DNA from: Phycisphaerae bacterium
Lineage (GTDB): Bacteria > Planctomycetota > Phycisphaerae > SM23-33
NCBI GenBank assembly: GCA_016782885.1
Contig: JADHXQ010000006.1
Span: 6,144 to 70,143, forward strand
Direction: 5' to 3'
DNA length: 64,000 nucleotides
Below the pieces are notes generated by a model, which worked only from the letters and a program-made list of their open reading frames with translations, was not told where the DNA came from and searched no databases. Position 1 is the stretch's first letter, and the number at the start of each line of letters is the position of its first letter. The position numbers were made by a program, and so were the translations under genes. Shown here in pieces: positions 9,324 through 18,629 of this stretch.

Positions 9324-12300
9324 TCACTTGCTCTTGCGCCGGGCCTTTTCTTTGATGGCAAAGAACTGTACTTTGAAACCGCCCAGTGCATCCCCGCCTA
9401 CCTTTGGCAGTTCGGTCTCGATATAGGCGGCGAGCTTGCCTATATTTTTCTTGTCATCCTTGAACGCCTCGTAAAACGTCTGGCAGTATTCCAAATTCAG
9501 ACGCCAGTATCGTCGTACGGACTCCCTGCCGGTCCGGGGATCCGTAAGTCGGATCAAACGGCTATATATCTCCAGCGCAGCGCCCGTCTTGCCTTCGGTG
9601 GCGGCCAGGCACTTGGCGACATTCCATTCGACAGTAAGCTCGAGTGGAATAAGATTCTTCAACCTGCGTATAATCTCCCCGTATCCGGCCACGAGATCCC
9701 GAGACAACTGCTGCATTTGCCTCCTGCGCTTTTCCGGGGGAGTGTTTGCAGGCGCATTCGCCATCGCGTTGTGCGACATACGCACAGCCCTGCCGTCTTC
9801 CTCGGGATCGATAACACTGGTGCCATGGAGCTTGGAAAGCCTCGCCGACTCGTCGAGATACTGCTTGACAAGCTTGGTCAGCGCCTTGGGCAAACCAACT
9901 GCCGCTTTGCATAGGCGGATCGCGGGAGCGTACTTCGCCTCGATCTTCTTGGCCTGGACATCTCGCTTCTTATCAAATATCCGCCTGCATTCCAGGGCAA
10001 GCGTCATCGCTTCGGCGGCCCGGTTATTCTGAATCAGGGCGTCAATCCAAAGCTGCGTCAGGGTCAATCGCTCATTGTCGACCTTGCCGTCAGTCTCGAT
10101 GGGTTTGCCTTTGATCGGAGCGTACAGCCTCTCGGCCAACTGCAGGTAGCTCTTTCTGAGAGAAGCGAGCTTCGCCTCGTTACCGGCCTTGGCCTGGGCC
10201 TCGTCGATTGCCTTGCGAATGCCCTCGATTACCTGTTCTATCAGACCGGCCCCGACATCCGGGTTCTTCTCATTGGCCTTCAGGAACGCATCAAGCGCTG
10301 CGCTGGCCTCTTCGATCTTGTCTTGATCGACGAGGTTCTGGATCTTCCACTGATTGGCGGCCACAACCATACTGTTGACCACTGCCCACTTCTTCAGCGA
10401 CGCATCGAGTTCCACCAGTGCTACGACTTTCTTGTCCAGTTGCTCAGACATCAATTTGGCGCGGGTGAAGTCCGCCCATGCAGCCGACTCAGTGAGTCCC
10501 TTGGCCCGCTCCGACGTCTTGTCTTGAAGGTCCGCGATGGCCTTCTCGACAAGTTGGATAAACTGCCCGTACTGCTCATAGAGTTTGCGGGCATCAGCCC
10601 GGGTCTTTGCGTCCATCTTGCCAAGCTTCAAGGCACGATAGCGAAGATCGAGCCACAACTCCTGGGCATTAAGGAAGTTGCCGTGATCGGGGGGGACCTT
10701 GCTGAAAGCCTCCGCCGCACGCTCCATCCAGACAACCACTTCCTTGTCGGGACAGTTGCCCTGGGACAGCTTGTTGCAGTGCCTCCCCAAATCGTAGTAC
10801 CAGTCGGAAAGCTTGAGATCGGGGTGTTTCTTGTCAAAGCTGACAGCACGCTTCATTGCCGCGGCGCACTTCAACCGCACCGGACGCAAGATGTTCCTTT
10901 TCTTGGTGGTCTCATACCACGTAACGTACTTCTCCATGCAGATCGCGGCGTTCTTCGCGGCTTTGGGAGACTTCGGATCATCCGGACCGCGCAGGTCGAC
11001 AAAGGCGAGGAAATGATCGGCGGCGTCCATCTGGATCCCCAATTCGTTCAACACCATAGCCAACTCCCAATGGGCCGCAGGCGCCAGCTTCCTGGTGGCG
11101 GGGTCATCCTTGCGACCGAGGAGCGTTTCCAGCATGAGCCGACGCCTTTTGGGCTCTTTCCTGGCCCCGACGCCACTGGAAATGATGTACAACTGCACCG
11201 AACTGAGCTTGTCGACTTCCTGAGTATAGAGCAGCCTGTTACCAAAGAAATCGATGAAAGACCGCCTGATGATACCCTCTTCATTGTACTTCTCGAAAAC
11301 CTCGACCATCGCCGCCTGCCCCTGGGCGTGGTACTTGGTTTTGTCGGTCGGACTTGTGCTCGCCGCGGCCCAGCGCCGATAGAGATAGTCTTTCAGCATT
11401 GCCACTTCCAGATCGACCTGGGCCTGCTGGATTTTGGTAAGTTTCTTCCCCCCCCCGAAGAGCAGTTCGGCATATCCTTTGAAGTTGTTGATGATCTTTG
11501 GAACTTCAGTATACTTGCCCTGCTTGATCTTCGTTATGGCGAATTCCCTGGCCACCGTCAGCCTTGTCGCCGGGCTTGCGCCCTGGTAACGTTGCGCGTC
11601 GAGTTCTTCGATCGCTTTGTCGTATTCACCCAGTTCGCGGTGCGCCAGGGCCATTAGCCTGCGGGCATCGTGGGTGACCTTGAACCTCTTGTTCTTCTCG
11701 AACTGAGGCAGCAGATTCAGCACCTTCAGGAACAGTTCACGCCGCTGGAGAGTTCGTTTTTTCTGGTCAGCTATAAGTTTGTCCAGCTCCTCGCCTTTGA
11801 ATCCCTCCCGTTCGGTCTCGTGGGCCTCGGCGCCACCCAACGCCATCGCCCGATACAGATACGTCTGCGCCGACCAGTACTCCGCAGTTTTGAGCAGACT
11901 CTCGCCTCTGCTGCCCATGATCATCCAGACAGCCATCTGCTCCTGCCATACCCGCCGCTTTTTTTTGAGTTCGTCCTGCATATCGCCCAGATACATGATG
12001 GCGTCTTTGGTGCTTTTCAGGATGATCTTGCGGTCTTCCCGATTGCCCTGAAGATACATGAGTCTGCCGGCATAGGGTTCAATGGCCTGCCGCCCTGACA
12101 CGTCGCCAAGAAAATACATTATGTCGTAGAAAAGGTATGCAGCCTTTGCCGCCTCCAGCAGCTTCGCGGTCTTGGTTTGCGGAGGAGCCTTCTCAGCGGC
12201 TGCTTCGGCGTCTTCCATCTCCTTCTCGGCCATATCCAGCGCTTTTACCATCATCTCAATGATCTGCCCGCCCTTGGCGAGGCGAGCTGCCGGATCGGTG

Positions 12301-12599
12301 ATCTGTCGCATGGCCTGGGCCTGAAGCCCGCCCCTTATCAGCATTGACCTGGGCGTCATGTCCTTAGGGGTAAGCGGGCCCACAAACTCGTGCATACCGA
12401 ACCGGACGAGATTGTCCATCAACTGCGAATCATCCAACTGGTCAAACGCACTGCGGGCCTCGGCTTTGGCTTTAGCTTTGGGAGCGGCTTGCCCCTGAAC
12501 GGGCGCAATGCAGGCGAACATCACCGCAAGAACGACCACAACTTTGAGAGAGACATCCCACATACAAACGCTCCTTACAAGGCTTCGTATCGTCATCAC
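9324..12599 (-). CDS. Large (1091 aa) secreted hypothetical protein, alpha-helical and TPR-like throughout
   Basis: Signal peptide (VVVLAVMFACIAPVQGQAAP). Long helical repeat architecture. It starts 25 nt downstream of the third ExbD gene on the same strand. Confidence 0.6.
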   Translation of the reverse strand: MMTIRSLVRSVCMWDVSLKVVVVLAVMFACIAPVQGQAAPKAKAKAEARSAFDQLDDSQLMDNLVRFGMHEFVGPLTPKDMTPRSMLIRGGLQAQAMRQITDPAARLAKGGQIIEMMVKALDMAEKEMEDAEAAAEKAPPQTKTAKLLEAAKAAYLFYDIMYFLGDVSGRQAIEPYAGRLMYLQGNREDRKIILKSTKDAIMYLGDMQDELKKKRRVWQEQMAVWMIMGSRGESLLKTAEYWSAQTYLYRAMALGGAEAHETEREGFKGEELDKLIADQKKRTLQRRELFLKVLNLLPQFEKNKRFKVTHDARRLMALAHRELGEYDKAIEELDAQRYQGASPATRLTVAREFAITKIKQGKYTEVPKIINNFKGYAELLFGGGKKLTKIQQAQVDLEVAMLKDYLYRRWAAASTSPTDKTKYHAQGQAAMVEVFEKYNEEGIIRRSFIDFFGNRLLYTQEVDKLSSVQLYIISSGVGARKEPKRRRLMLETLLGRKDDPATRKLAPAAHWELAMVLNELGIQMDAADHFLAFVDLRGPDDPKSPKAAKNAAICMEKYVTWYETTKKRNILRPVRLKCAAAMKRAVSFDKKHPDLKLSDWYYDLGRHCNKLSQGNCPDKEVVVWMERAAEAFSKVPPDHGNFLNAQELWLDLRYRALKLGKMDAKTRADARKLYEQYGQFIQLVEKAIADLQDKTSERAKGLTESAAWADFTRAKLMSEQLDKKVVALVELDASLKKWAVVNSMVVAANQWKIQNLVDQDKIEEASAALDAFLKANEKNPDVGAGLIEQVIEGIRKAIDEAQAKAGNEAKLASLRKSYLQLAERLYAPIKGKPIETDGKVDNERLTLTQLWIDALIQNNRAAEAMTLALECRRIFDKKRDVQAKKIEAKYAPAIRLCKAAVGLPKALTKLVKQYLDESARLSKLHGTSVIDPEEDGRAVRMSHNAMANAPANTPPEKRRRQMQQLSRDLVAGYGEIIRRLKNLIPLELTVEWNVAKCLAATEGKTGAALEIYSRLIRLTDPRTGRESVRRYWRLNLEYCQTFYEAFKDDKKNIGKLAAYIETELPKVGGDALGGFKVQFFAIKEKARRKSK

Positions 12600-12624
12600 G
12601 TCGGTTGCTTCCTTGGGACCGTTT

Positions 12625-13113
12625 CTATCCGGTCCTGAATTCTATCGTTGTCTGCAAATTCGCTCTGGCAGCCTGGTTGCAGGCCTCCACGACATGCCGC
12701 CATCGCACCGCCCTTCCGGGCTGGATTAACACTATCACATTCGGACCAGTCCGCTTTCTCCTTGCCCGGAGAGAATCCACGAGTTCCTGTGGACTCCGCA
12801 GCGGCTTGTCCTCGCCGCCAAGGGAGTAAACGGCACTCTGGCAGTTGTCGCCGGTAGCACTCACTTGCAGCGGTATCACGGTGGGCTTAAGAATCCGGCG
12901 CGGGTCCGGTGGTCCCGGAAGCGTACCGGGCAGTTGACCTTCAGACTGCCGAAAAGTCGTCGTCAGCAGGAAATAGGTCAGCAGCAGGAAGGTCACATCG
13001 ATCATTGCCGTCAGGGGCATGGAGGTTTTTACTTTTCGTCTGGTCCGGTTCGATGGGAGTTGTTGTCGATCTCTTCCGCCGTCAACATTACCGTTTACAA
13101 TCGATCCAGCCAT
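12625..13113 (-). CDS. exbD: Biopolymer transport protein ExbD/TolR family (paralog 3)
   Basis: Basic N-terminus then TM with the ExbD signature PLTAMIDVTFLLLTYFLLT, followed by a periplasmic domain. Confidence 0.85.
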   Translation of the reverse strand: MAGSIVNGNVDGGRDRQQLPSNRTRRKVKTSMPLTAMIDVTFLLLTYFLLTTTFRQSEGQLPGTLPGPPDPRRILKPTVIPLQVSATGDNCQSAVYSLGGEDKPLRSPQELVDSLRARRKRTGPNVIVLIQPGRAVRWRHVVEACNQAARANLQTTIEFRTG

Positions 13114-13153
13114 TTGCCTGCTCCCTGTTGAACATCTACCGCCCGTACGGTCA

Positions 13154-13651
13154 CTATGTCGTATTCTGGAATGCGATGTTTTTGAAATCGTTGGCGACTA
13201 CCTGGTTGAACACTTCAACGACATACCGCCATCGCACATCTCTTCTGGCATTTATAATCACCGGGCTTTCAGACCCGCCGGACTCGCTGCGTCCCTTGAG
13301 AACCTCCTTGAGTATCTGGGGGTCGGCAATTCGTTCGTGAACACCGGAGACTTCGTAGGCGACCCCTTCGTTGGCCTCGCCGGTAGGATGCAGCGTGATC
13401 TTGATCGGGGTCTGAAGCCTCTCCATGGTCGCGGCGCCCGAGGTGCCGGCCCTGGGGAGCGTTCCGGGTATCTGCCCTTCAGCCTGACGGAAGACAGTGG
13501 TCAGGATGAAATAGATCAGCAACTGGAACGTCACGTCGATCATGGCCGTCATGGGCACGGCGATCTTGGCCTTTTCACGGCCCCGTTTGGCACGCGGTGA
13601 AACATAATGGACTGTCTCGTCGCCTTCGATTTTTCTGGTTGATCTGGCCAT
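13154..13651 (-). CDS. exbD: Biopolymer transport protein ExbD/TolR family (paralog 2)
   Basis: AVPMTAMIDVTFQLLIYFILTTVF. Clear paralog of the neighbouring ExbD genes. Confidence 0.85.
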   Translation of the reverse strand: MARSTRKIEGDETVHYVSPRAKRGREKAKIAVPMTAMIDVTFQLLIYFILTTVFRQAEGQIPGTLPRAGTSGAATMERLQTPIKITLHPTGEANEGVAYEVSGVHERIADPQILKEVLKGRSESGGSESPVIINARRDVRWRYVVEVFNQVVANDFKNIAFQNTT

Positions 13652-13686
13652 TGATTCTGGTTACCTCACACCGGTCGCATCCCTCA

Positions 13687-14208
13687 TCAGTCGGTCAGTG
13701 CGGTTATGTTCATTTTCGTATTGATTCCCCGGATACCGGCGGCGGCGGCGGCCTTGAGAACTCCCTGAACCGCTCCGAAATTCACGCGGTGATCTGCCCG
13801 CACCTCAACATAATAATCTTTGTAGCCGCTGTCCTGAGCCGCAATAGCGCCCTGTCTGATCACCTTGACAAGCTCTTCCCTGTTACCTACATCTTTTATG
13901 ACCTTTCCGTTGATCATGTACTCCTTGGCCCTCGACGAGTCCATCGAGTTGATATCATCCTTGCCCTTGGCATCGGATACCACGTTAACGATTATGACGT
14001 TAGGCACATCGTTCAATTTCTCGTTCTTACTGGCCTGCGATTGAAACGGACGATGCAGTTCCAGTTCGGCAAGGGCTTCGTTCAGAACGGTGGCCGATAG
14101 AATGAAGAAGATGATCAACAGGAACGTACAGTCAATCATCGGAGTCATGTTGAACTCCACGCTACCGCTCGATCCCCTTGTAAAAATCTTGTTCTTGGAC
14201 ATTGTCAC
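13687..14208 (-). CDS. exbD: Biopolymer transport protein ExbD/TolR family (paralog 1)
   Basis: FNMTPMIDCTFLLIIFFILSATV. Typical ExbD N-terminal TM and C-terminal periplasmic domain. Confidence 0.85.
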   Translation of the reverse strand: MTMSKNKIFTRGSSGSVEFNMTPMIDCTFLLIIFFILSATVLNEALAELELHRPFQSQASKNEKLNDVPNVIIVNVVSDAKGKDDINSMDSSRAKEYMINGKVIKDVGNREELVKVIRQGAIAAQDSGYKDYYVEVRADHRVNFGAVQGVLKAAAAAGIRGINTKMNITALTD

Positions 14209-14266
14209 GCTCCTGTGGGCGTTACCGGCCGCCGGGACGCGGCAAGAGGCCCGGGCACACTAACTA

Positions 14267-14926
14267 CTAAGCTGGACGGAATGTCGAGATCAAATCCTGC
14301 CCGGCCACCATGGCCTCGCTGGTCAGCGCGTCAACCCGGTTCCGCATGACCGCGTAAACAGCCAACGCCGGAATAGCTATCGCCAGCCCCAACAGCGTCG
14401 TGACCAGGGCGATACCAATAGATCCGCTCAACTTGCTCGCATCAGCCTTACCGCCTAACGCCGCCAGCGTCTGGAATGCCAGGATCATGCCCCAGACAGT
14501 ACCGAACAGACCGAGCATCGGGCTGATATTGCCTATAAGGTTCAACCACTCGATCTGGCGGAGAAACTTTGTGGTGCGTTCCTCTGCGGCCTCTTCCATA
14601 GCCCGTTCCATGGCCGGGTATCCGTGCGAGGCGTCCGACAGACCGGCATGCACGACATAACTCAGAAAACTCGGCTCAGCGGCCGTCATCTCGATCGCTT
14701 CACCGTACTGCTTTTCGTCAAACAGTTCGCGGATCTGGTCGAGAACGGTCGCAGGCAGGATGTTTTCGCGGCGGATCGCGATGAAATACTGCACGATAAT
14801 CGCCACGGTCAGGATACTCATGGCCCAGAGTATCCATCCGATAGTCCCACAGTCCACCATCAGGACCTTGAAATAGTTGATCTCTACCTCTGCCGCTGCT
14901 ATCACCGCTGCTGCCAACATAAACAT
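14267..14926 (-). CDS. exbB: MotA/TolQ/ExbB proton-channel family protein
   Basis: Three TM segments. Conserved C-terminal core LNLIGNISPMLGLFGTVWGMILAF ... GIALVTTLLGLAIAIPALAVY. Confidence 0.9.
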   Translation of the reverse strand: MFMLAAAVIAAAEVEINYFKVLMVDCGTIGWILWAMSILTVAIIVQYFIAIRRENILPATVLDQIRELFDEKQYGEAIEMTAAEPSFLSYVVHAGLSDASHGYPAMERAMEEAAEERTTKFLRQIEWLNLIGNISPMLGLFGTVWGMILAFQTLAALGGKADASKLSGSIGIALVTTLLGLAIAIPALAVYAVMRNRVDALTSEAMVAGQDLISTFRPA

Positions 14927-15001
14927 ACTCCTTCGACTCTAAACCAGGTTAATCTGCCATCGCGTGTCTCTCCGGCCTGGAGATCCGCGTTCCGGTCAGC
15001 T

Positions 15002-16855
15002 CTATTGTCTGCTTTTGATCGCCTTGAGGGCGTCCGCCGCCTTCTGCCCGATCGGTGTTCCCGCATAGTTCTTTGCAACAGCTTCGTATGCATTTACCGC
15101 CGCAACCGTGTTAGGCTTATCGGGCATGGTCGCCATTATCTTACCGGCAAGATAGAGCGATTCGCCTGCCCGCGGAAGGCCCCGGAAGAAAGTCGCAACT
15201 CGCATGAAGTCGAGCCCCGCCTTCAGCATAAGCTCCCGTTTTTTCTTCTTGTCCGTCTCCGCGTCGGCCTGGGCGAGGATGGCCTTACCGCGAACGATGA
15301 GCGCCTCTGGTAAAGAGTCCCTGTCAAGCTGGTGCAACACACCAGTGACCGCGCCCTCTGCCTGGGTATATTCTTTCTTGCCGAAGAGGGCAACTGCCTT
15401 CAACAGCACCAGCTTGGGTCCCGTGGCGGCGGTCTTCGGTAACCAGGTAATGATCTCCGCGCCGCGCCCCTCTTGCTGCAGCAGGCGTCCGAGCAACTCC
15501 AGCGCCGCGGCCTGGTACTTCCCGTCCTTTATTCCACGAACGCGAGCACCAAGGATATTGATGGCCTTGGCGTTTCTCGGATCGCCCTTGTCGCCCAGCT
15601 TATTCGGGCAGCAGGCGATAACACCGGCGGCGCCATTTTCGCGGTCCGCCAACTGCAACCATTTCGAGGCGGCCTGGTCAATCCACCCGGACTGATCGAG
15701 AGCATTGAGAAGACGGTAATTGATAATCGCTTTCGCGTGGTCGCTGGTCTTCAATGCGGCAGCAGCTTCGTATGCCCGGATCGCGGGGGAAAACCGATTG
15801 GCATTGATCTTGGGCGCGGAGGCGAGCGCCTTGAGTTTCTTCTCGATTTCGTCAAGCTCGCGTTCCAGCATGATGAGCTTCTCGTTCCGGCTTGCGGCGG
15901 TTTTGGGAAACGCCTTGGCCCGGGCCTCCAGCGACGCCGCTTTGCGGAGGGCGAGATTGACCTGGCGAAGGAGCGTGCCTTTCTCGGTGATGAGTGCGGC
16001 GATCCGAGCCCGCCCCTTGGTGTTTGCATCGTCCAGGCGATTGGCCTTGTTCTCGAGGTCGCCGGCCTCTCTGTTCAGCGTGTTGGCCTGGTTCTTCCTT
16101 TGTTTGGACTGGTTCTGCCAACCCTTTTTCTTGGCCCGCTCGATGATCTGTGCTTCACGCTGGAGCTTTTTTGCTTCCGCCCGCTTCTTGTTGGCATGGT
16201 ACTTGATCTTCACCACATCCAGTTCGTCTATCTTTTTCAGCAGGTTCTTGGCCTGGTTTCTTCTCTGGGCGGCCTGGTTCTTCCAGTCCCCCTTCTTGGC
16301 CAACTCGATAGCTCTGGCCTCTTTTGCCAGCTTGACTACTTCCCGCTTGAACTGGGCGACCTGCGCCCCGGAATCGGCACTGCTCTTATTGATGTCCGCA
16401 ATTTGCCCGGTGATCTGTTCTGCTCTCTTCTTGTCCGCCTCAGCCTGCAGGCGGAGGCCCTTGGCCTCATCATTAAGCCTCGCAACTTCCTTCGGTTGGT
16501 CGCCGATCTGCAATTTAATCTTGGCGATACTGTCTTTCTTGGCTTCGCTTTCCCGGCGAAGTTTCTCGGCCTCGGAATCCTGGGCGGTTCCGGACATCAG
16601 TTGCTCGGCCTTGTTGAAGCTGTCCAGCCCGGTAATCGACATGCCGGTAATCTCGCTGAACGGCTTGGACTGGGTGCGTCCACCGACGATCTTGAATGTC
16701 ACCACTCCATCTTTAACGCCAACGATAGTGACGCCCGAATACGTGAATCCTTTGACGGATATATCGTCGGCAAGTCCTGTCGAGAACAGAACCGCCAGTA
16801 CACACAGGATTGTCGCACAGGTACGCATAAGCACAAGCTCCCGGGGTTTATTCAT
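15002..16855 (-). CDS. Secreted coiled-coil/TPR hypothetical protein (617 aa from MNKPRE...) with an internal duplicated Lys/Arg-rich segment
   Basis: Signal peptide (CATILCVLAVLFSTGLA). A central coiled-coil contains two copies of a ...AKK(G/K)(D/G)W(K/Q)NQ...RNQA(K/N)... module. The C-terminal third is TPR-like. The start lies 4 nt after the stop of the upstream VWA gene. Confidence 0.6.
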   Translation of the reverse strand: MNKPRELVLMRTCATILCVLAVLFSTGLADDISVKGFTYSGVTIVGVKDGVVTFKIVGGRTQSKPFSEITGMSITGLDSFNKAEQLMSGTAQDSEAEKLRRESEAKKDSIAKIKLQIGDQPKEVARLNDEAKGLRLQAEADKKRAEQITGQIADINKSSADSGAQVAQFKREVVKLAKEARAIELAKKGDWKNQAAQRRNQAKNLLKKIDELDVVKIKYHANKKRAEAKKLQREAQIIERAKKKGWQNQSKQRKNQANTLNREAGDLENKANRLDDANTKGRARIAALITEKGTLLRQVNLALRKAASLEARAKAFPKTAASRNEKLIMLERELDEIEKKLKALASAPKINANRFSPAIRAYEAAAALKTSDHAKAIINYRLLNALDQSGWIDQAASKWLQLADRENGAAGVIACCPNKLGDKGDPRNAKAINILGARVRGIKDGKYQAAALELLGRLLQQEGRGAEIITWLPKTAATGPKLVLLKAVALFGKKEYTQAEGAVTGVLHQLDRDSLPEALIVRGKAILAQADAETDKKKKRELMLKAGLDFMRVATFFRGLPRAGESLYLAGKIMATMPDKPNTVAAVNAYEAVAKNYAGTPIGQKAADALKAIKSRQ

Positions 16856-17993
16856 CCGGACTGACGTATTTATACCGACCGCCATTTTCAGCAGCAATCT
16901 GGGTCATGACCTTCTCCGCGATGGGCGGTTTCCAGCCATACAGGAAAGTATTTATCAGAACGTCCCTCCTGCTGTTTTTTGCCCGAATGGCGGCAAGAAC
17001 CGCGTCGTTATCGGGGAAAGCTCCGTCAGTAAGCATGTAGATGATCTTGCCCGGACGCCTGTTCGCCCTTGCCAGAACGTCAAAGGCGCGGTTGATGGCC
17101 TTGATCGGATTGGTGGTCCGCTCGGCCTTGACCTTTTCGAGGAACACACCAAGGGCGAGCTTGTACTTCTCGGTCGGCGGCGTCAGCGCCATCGGCTGCT
17201 TCTCCAGCGGGTCGCCGTCGGCGAACATGATGACGTGGAAATCCTGGACCGGTTGGAGATGCCCTACGGAATCAGCGATCTCTCTCTTGACCGCGTCAAA
17301 GGTGTCGAACATCGACCCGGACCTGTCGATGAGGTAGACGACGTGGTGTGCATTACCGCCCGTACCGTACATCCCCGCCCGTGGCCCGGCGCCGCCGCCG
17401 TCGGTAAGCCCGTAGTCGGCGAGCGTCCCGCCGCCCGCACCGGCCGCTGCGCCAATCAGTTCGGCCGTTTCACCCGTTTTGCCCTCGTTGGGAACTTCCA
17501 GTTCACGGGTGGAATCGCCCGACGCTTTAACTTTGCGGTGGCGTTGAGTCTGTTTTTGGACCTTGTTGGTACTGCCCTCGCTGATTCTTCCACCGGGGTT
17601 TTCGCTGAATATGGCGCTGGGTATGATTGCGGACTTCTTGAAATCCTCCTGCTGCTGGGTGATCATCACCAGCAGGAAGAAGATCAGCGCCAGCCCGACG
17701 TGGAAGAAGATACTGATTATCCACGGCATGGACATCGCCATCATGGTCATCACGGCACTGCTGTCCTCTTCCGCCTCCTCCTCGTCGAGATAATCCTCGT
17801 CCTCATCCTGGTACTGCGCCGATGCGGGAGGAGCAACCGGCGGACCGCCTTCGACCTGCGGTTGCGGAAGCGACGCCAAAGCCGCGGGCACAACTACACT
17901 GGCACTGCAGTGCGAACACGTAACCGCGGCGCCCGGTTCGGTGTCGATGTTAAGAAGCTGTCCACATTCGTCACATTGAAACTCAATGCCCAT
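16848..17993 (-). CDS. Zn-ribbon / single-TM / von Willebrand factor A (VWA) domain protein
   Basis: N-terminal CDEC...CSHC zinc ribbon, acidic linker, TM (MSMPWIISIFFHVGLALIFFLLVMI), and a VWA domain with the MIDAS motif (VVYLIDRSGSM ... MLTDG). The likely start is MGIEFQCDEC at 17993; the ORF is open to 18062. Confidence 0.8.
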   Translation of the reverse strand: MGIEFQCDECGQLLNIDTEPGAAVTCSHCSASVVVPAALASLPQPQVEGGPPVAPPASAQYQDEDEDYLDEEEAEEDSSAVMTMMAMSMPWIISIFFHVGLALIFFLLVMITQQQEDFKKSAIIPSAIFSENPGGRISEGSTNKVQKQTQRHRKVKASGDSTRELEVPNEGKTGETAELIGAAAGAGGGTLADYGLTDGGGAGPRAGMYGTGGNAHHVVYLIDRSGSMFDTFDAVKREIADSVGHLQPVQDFHVIMFADGDPLEKQPMALTPPTEKYKLALGVFLEKVKAERTTNPIKAINRAFDVLARANRRPGKIIYMLTDGAFPDNDAVLAAIRAKNSRRDVLINTFLYGWKPPIAEKVMTQIAAENGGRYKYVSPDE

Positions 17994-18442
17994 AGCAAGG
18001 ACTCCCAACAATCTAAGGGAAGGCCCAACCAGCGGGACCGGTATTTCGCTAATACCGTCCACCGGCTACCTTCGGGTTCAGGAAGGAATATATATTTATA
18101 CCATTTAGAAATACCGACAGCAATAAATAAAGTTGCTAAATTGCGAGGGGAAAAGAAAGATTCTCGCGCCCCGAACCGCTCGTCGGGGATTGGGGGCGGA
18201 AAACACTCTCCCCCAGGCCGCAGTCCGTCATCCACAGGCCCCCTGTGGCGGGAACAACTAAGTACGCGCGCGTCACTCATAACTTCCACCGTTGGCGGGA
18301 AAACGCTGGCATTGCTACATCGGCTTGCCTATAAAATTAGACGCGGAACGGACAAACTGGTTCCGGCGTTTGTGAGATTATTTTCATTTTTTCTACGGAA
18401 GTGATCTCGCGGACCCCGCAGAAGCAGGAAGTGCGCAAAACC

Positions 18443-18524
18443 GCGAGGGTGGCGGAATTGGCAGACGCGCCAGGTTTAGGTCCTGGTGTCTAACGACATG
18501 CGGGTTCGAGTCCCGCCCCTCGCA
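18443..18524 (+). tRNA. tRNA-Leu (TAG), type II with a long variable arm
   Basis: GCGAGGGTGGCGGAATTGGCAGACGCGCCAGGTTTAGGTCCTGGTGTCTAACGACATGCGGGTTCGAGTCCCGCCCCTCGCA. Acceptor GCGAGGG/CCCTCGC. Anticodon stem CCAGG/CCTGG with loop TTTAGGT. Closely resembles E. coli tRNA-Leu. Confidence 0.9.
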
Positions 18525-18533
18525 ATTATTAAA

Positions 18534-18567
18534 CCGGGAGGCAAGTCTCGGGTAACTCGCCTCCCGG
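18534..18567 (-). terminator. Candidate hairpin terminator downstream of the second VWA gene
   Basis: CCGGGAGGC-(16 nt)-GCCTCCCGG, a 9-bp stem. On the minus-strand transcript it is followed by UUUAAUAAU, which is only weakly U-rich. Confidence 0.3.
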
Positions 18568-18629
18568 CACGTCGGCCGCGCCGAGAACACCACGGCGCTC
18601 ACTATCGTGGAGGGGGGGGAGGGGGGGGA

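Noticed and set aside
15720-18404. 894-aa plus-strand ORF, plus 15473..16864 (463 aa) and 18486..19757 (423 aa)
   Set aside because: They are antisense to the well-supported minus-strand TPR and VWA genes. They are Ala/Ser/Arg/Leu-rich, as expected for the reverse frames of GC-rich coding DNA. The tRNA-Leu lies inside the first one.
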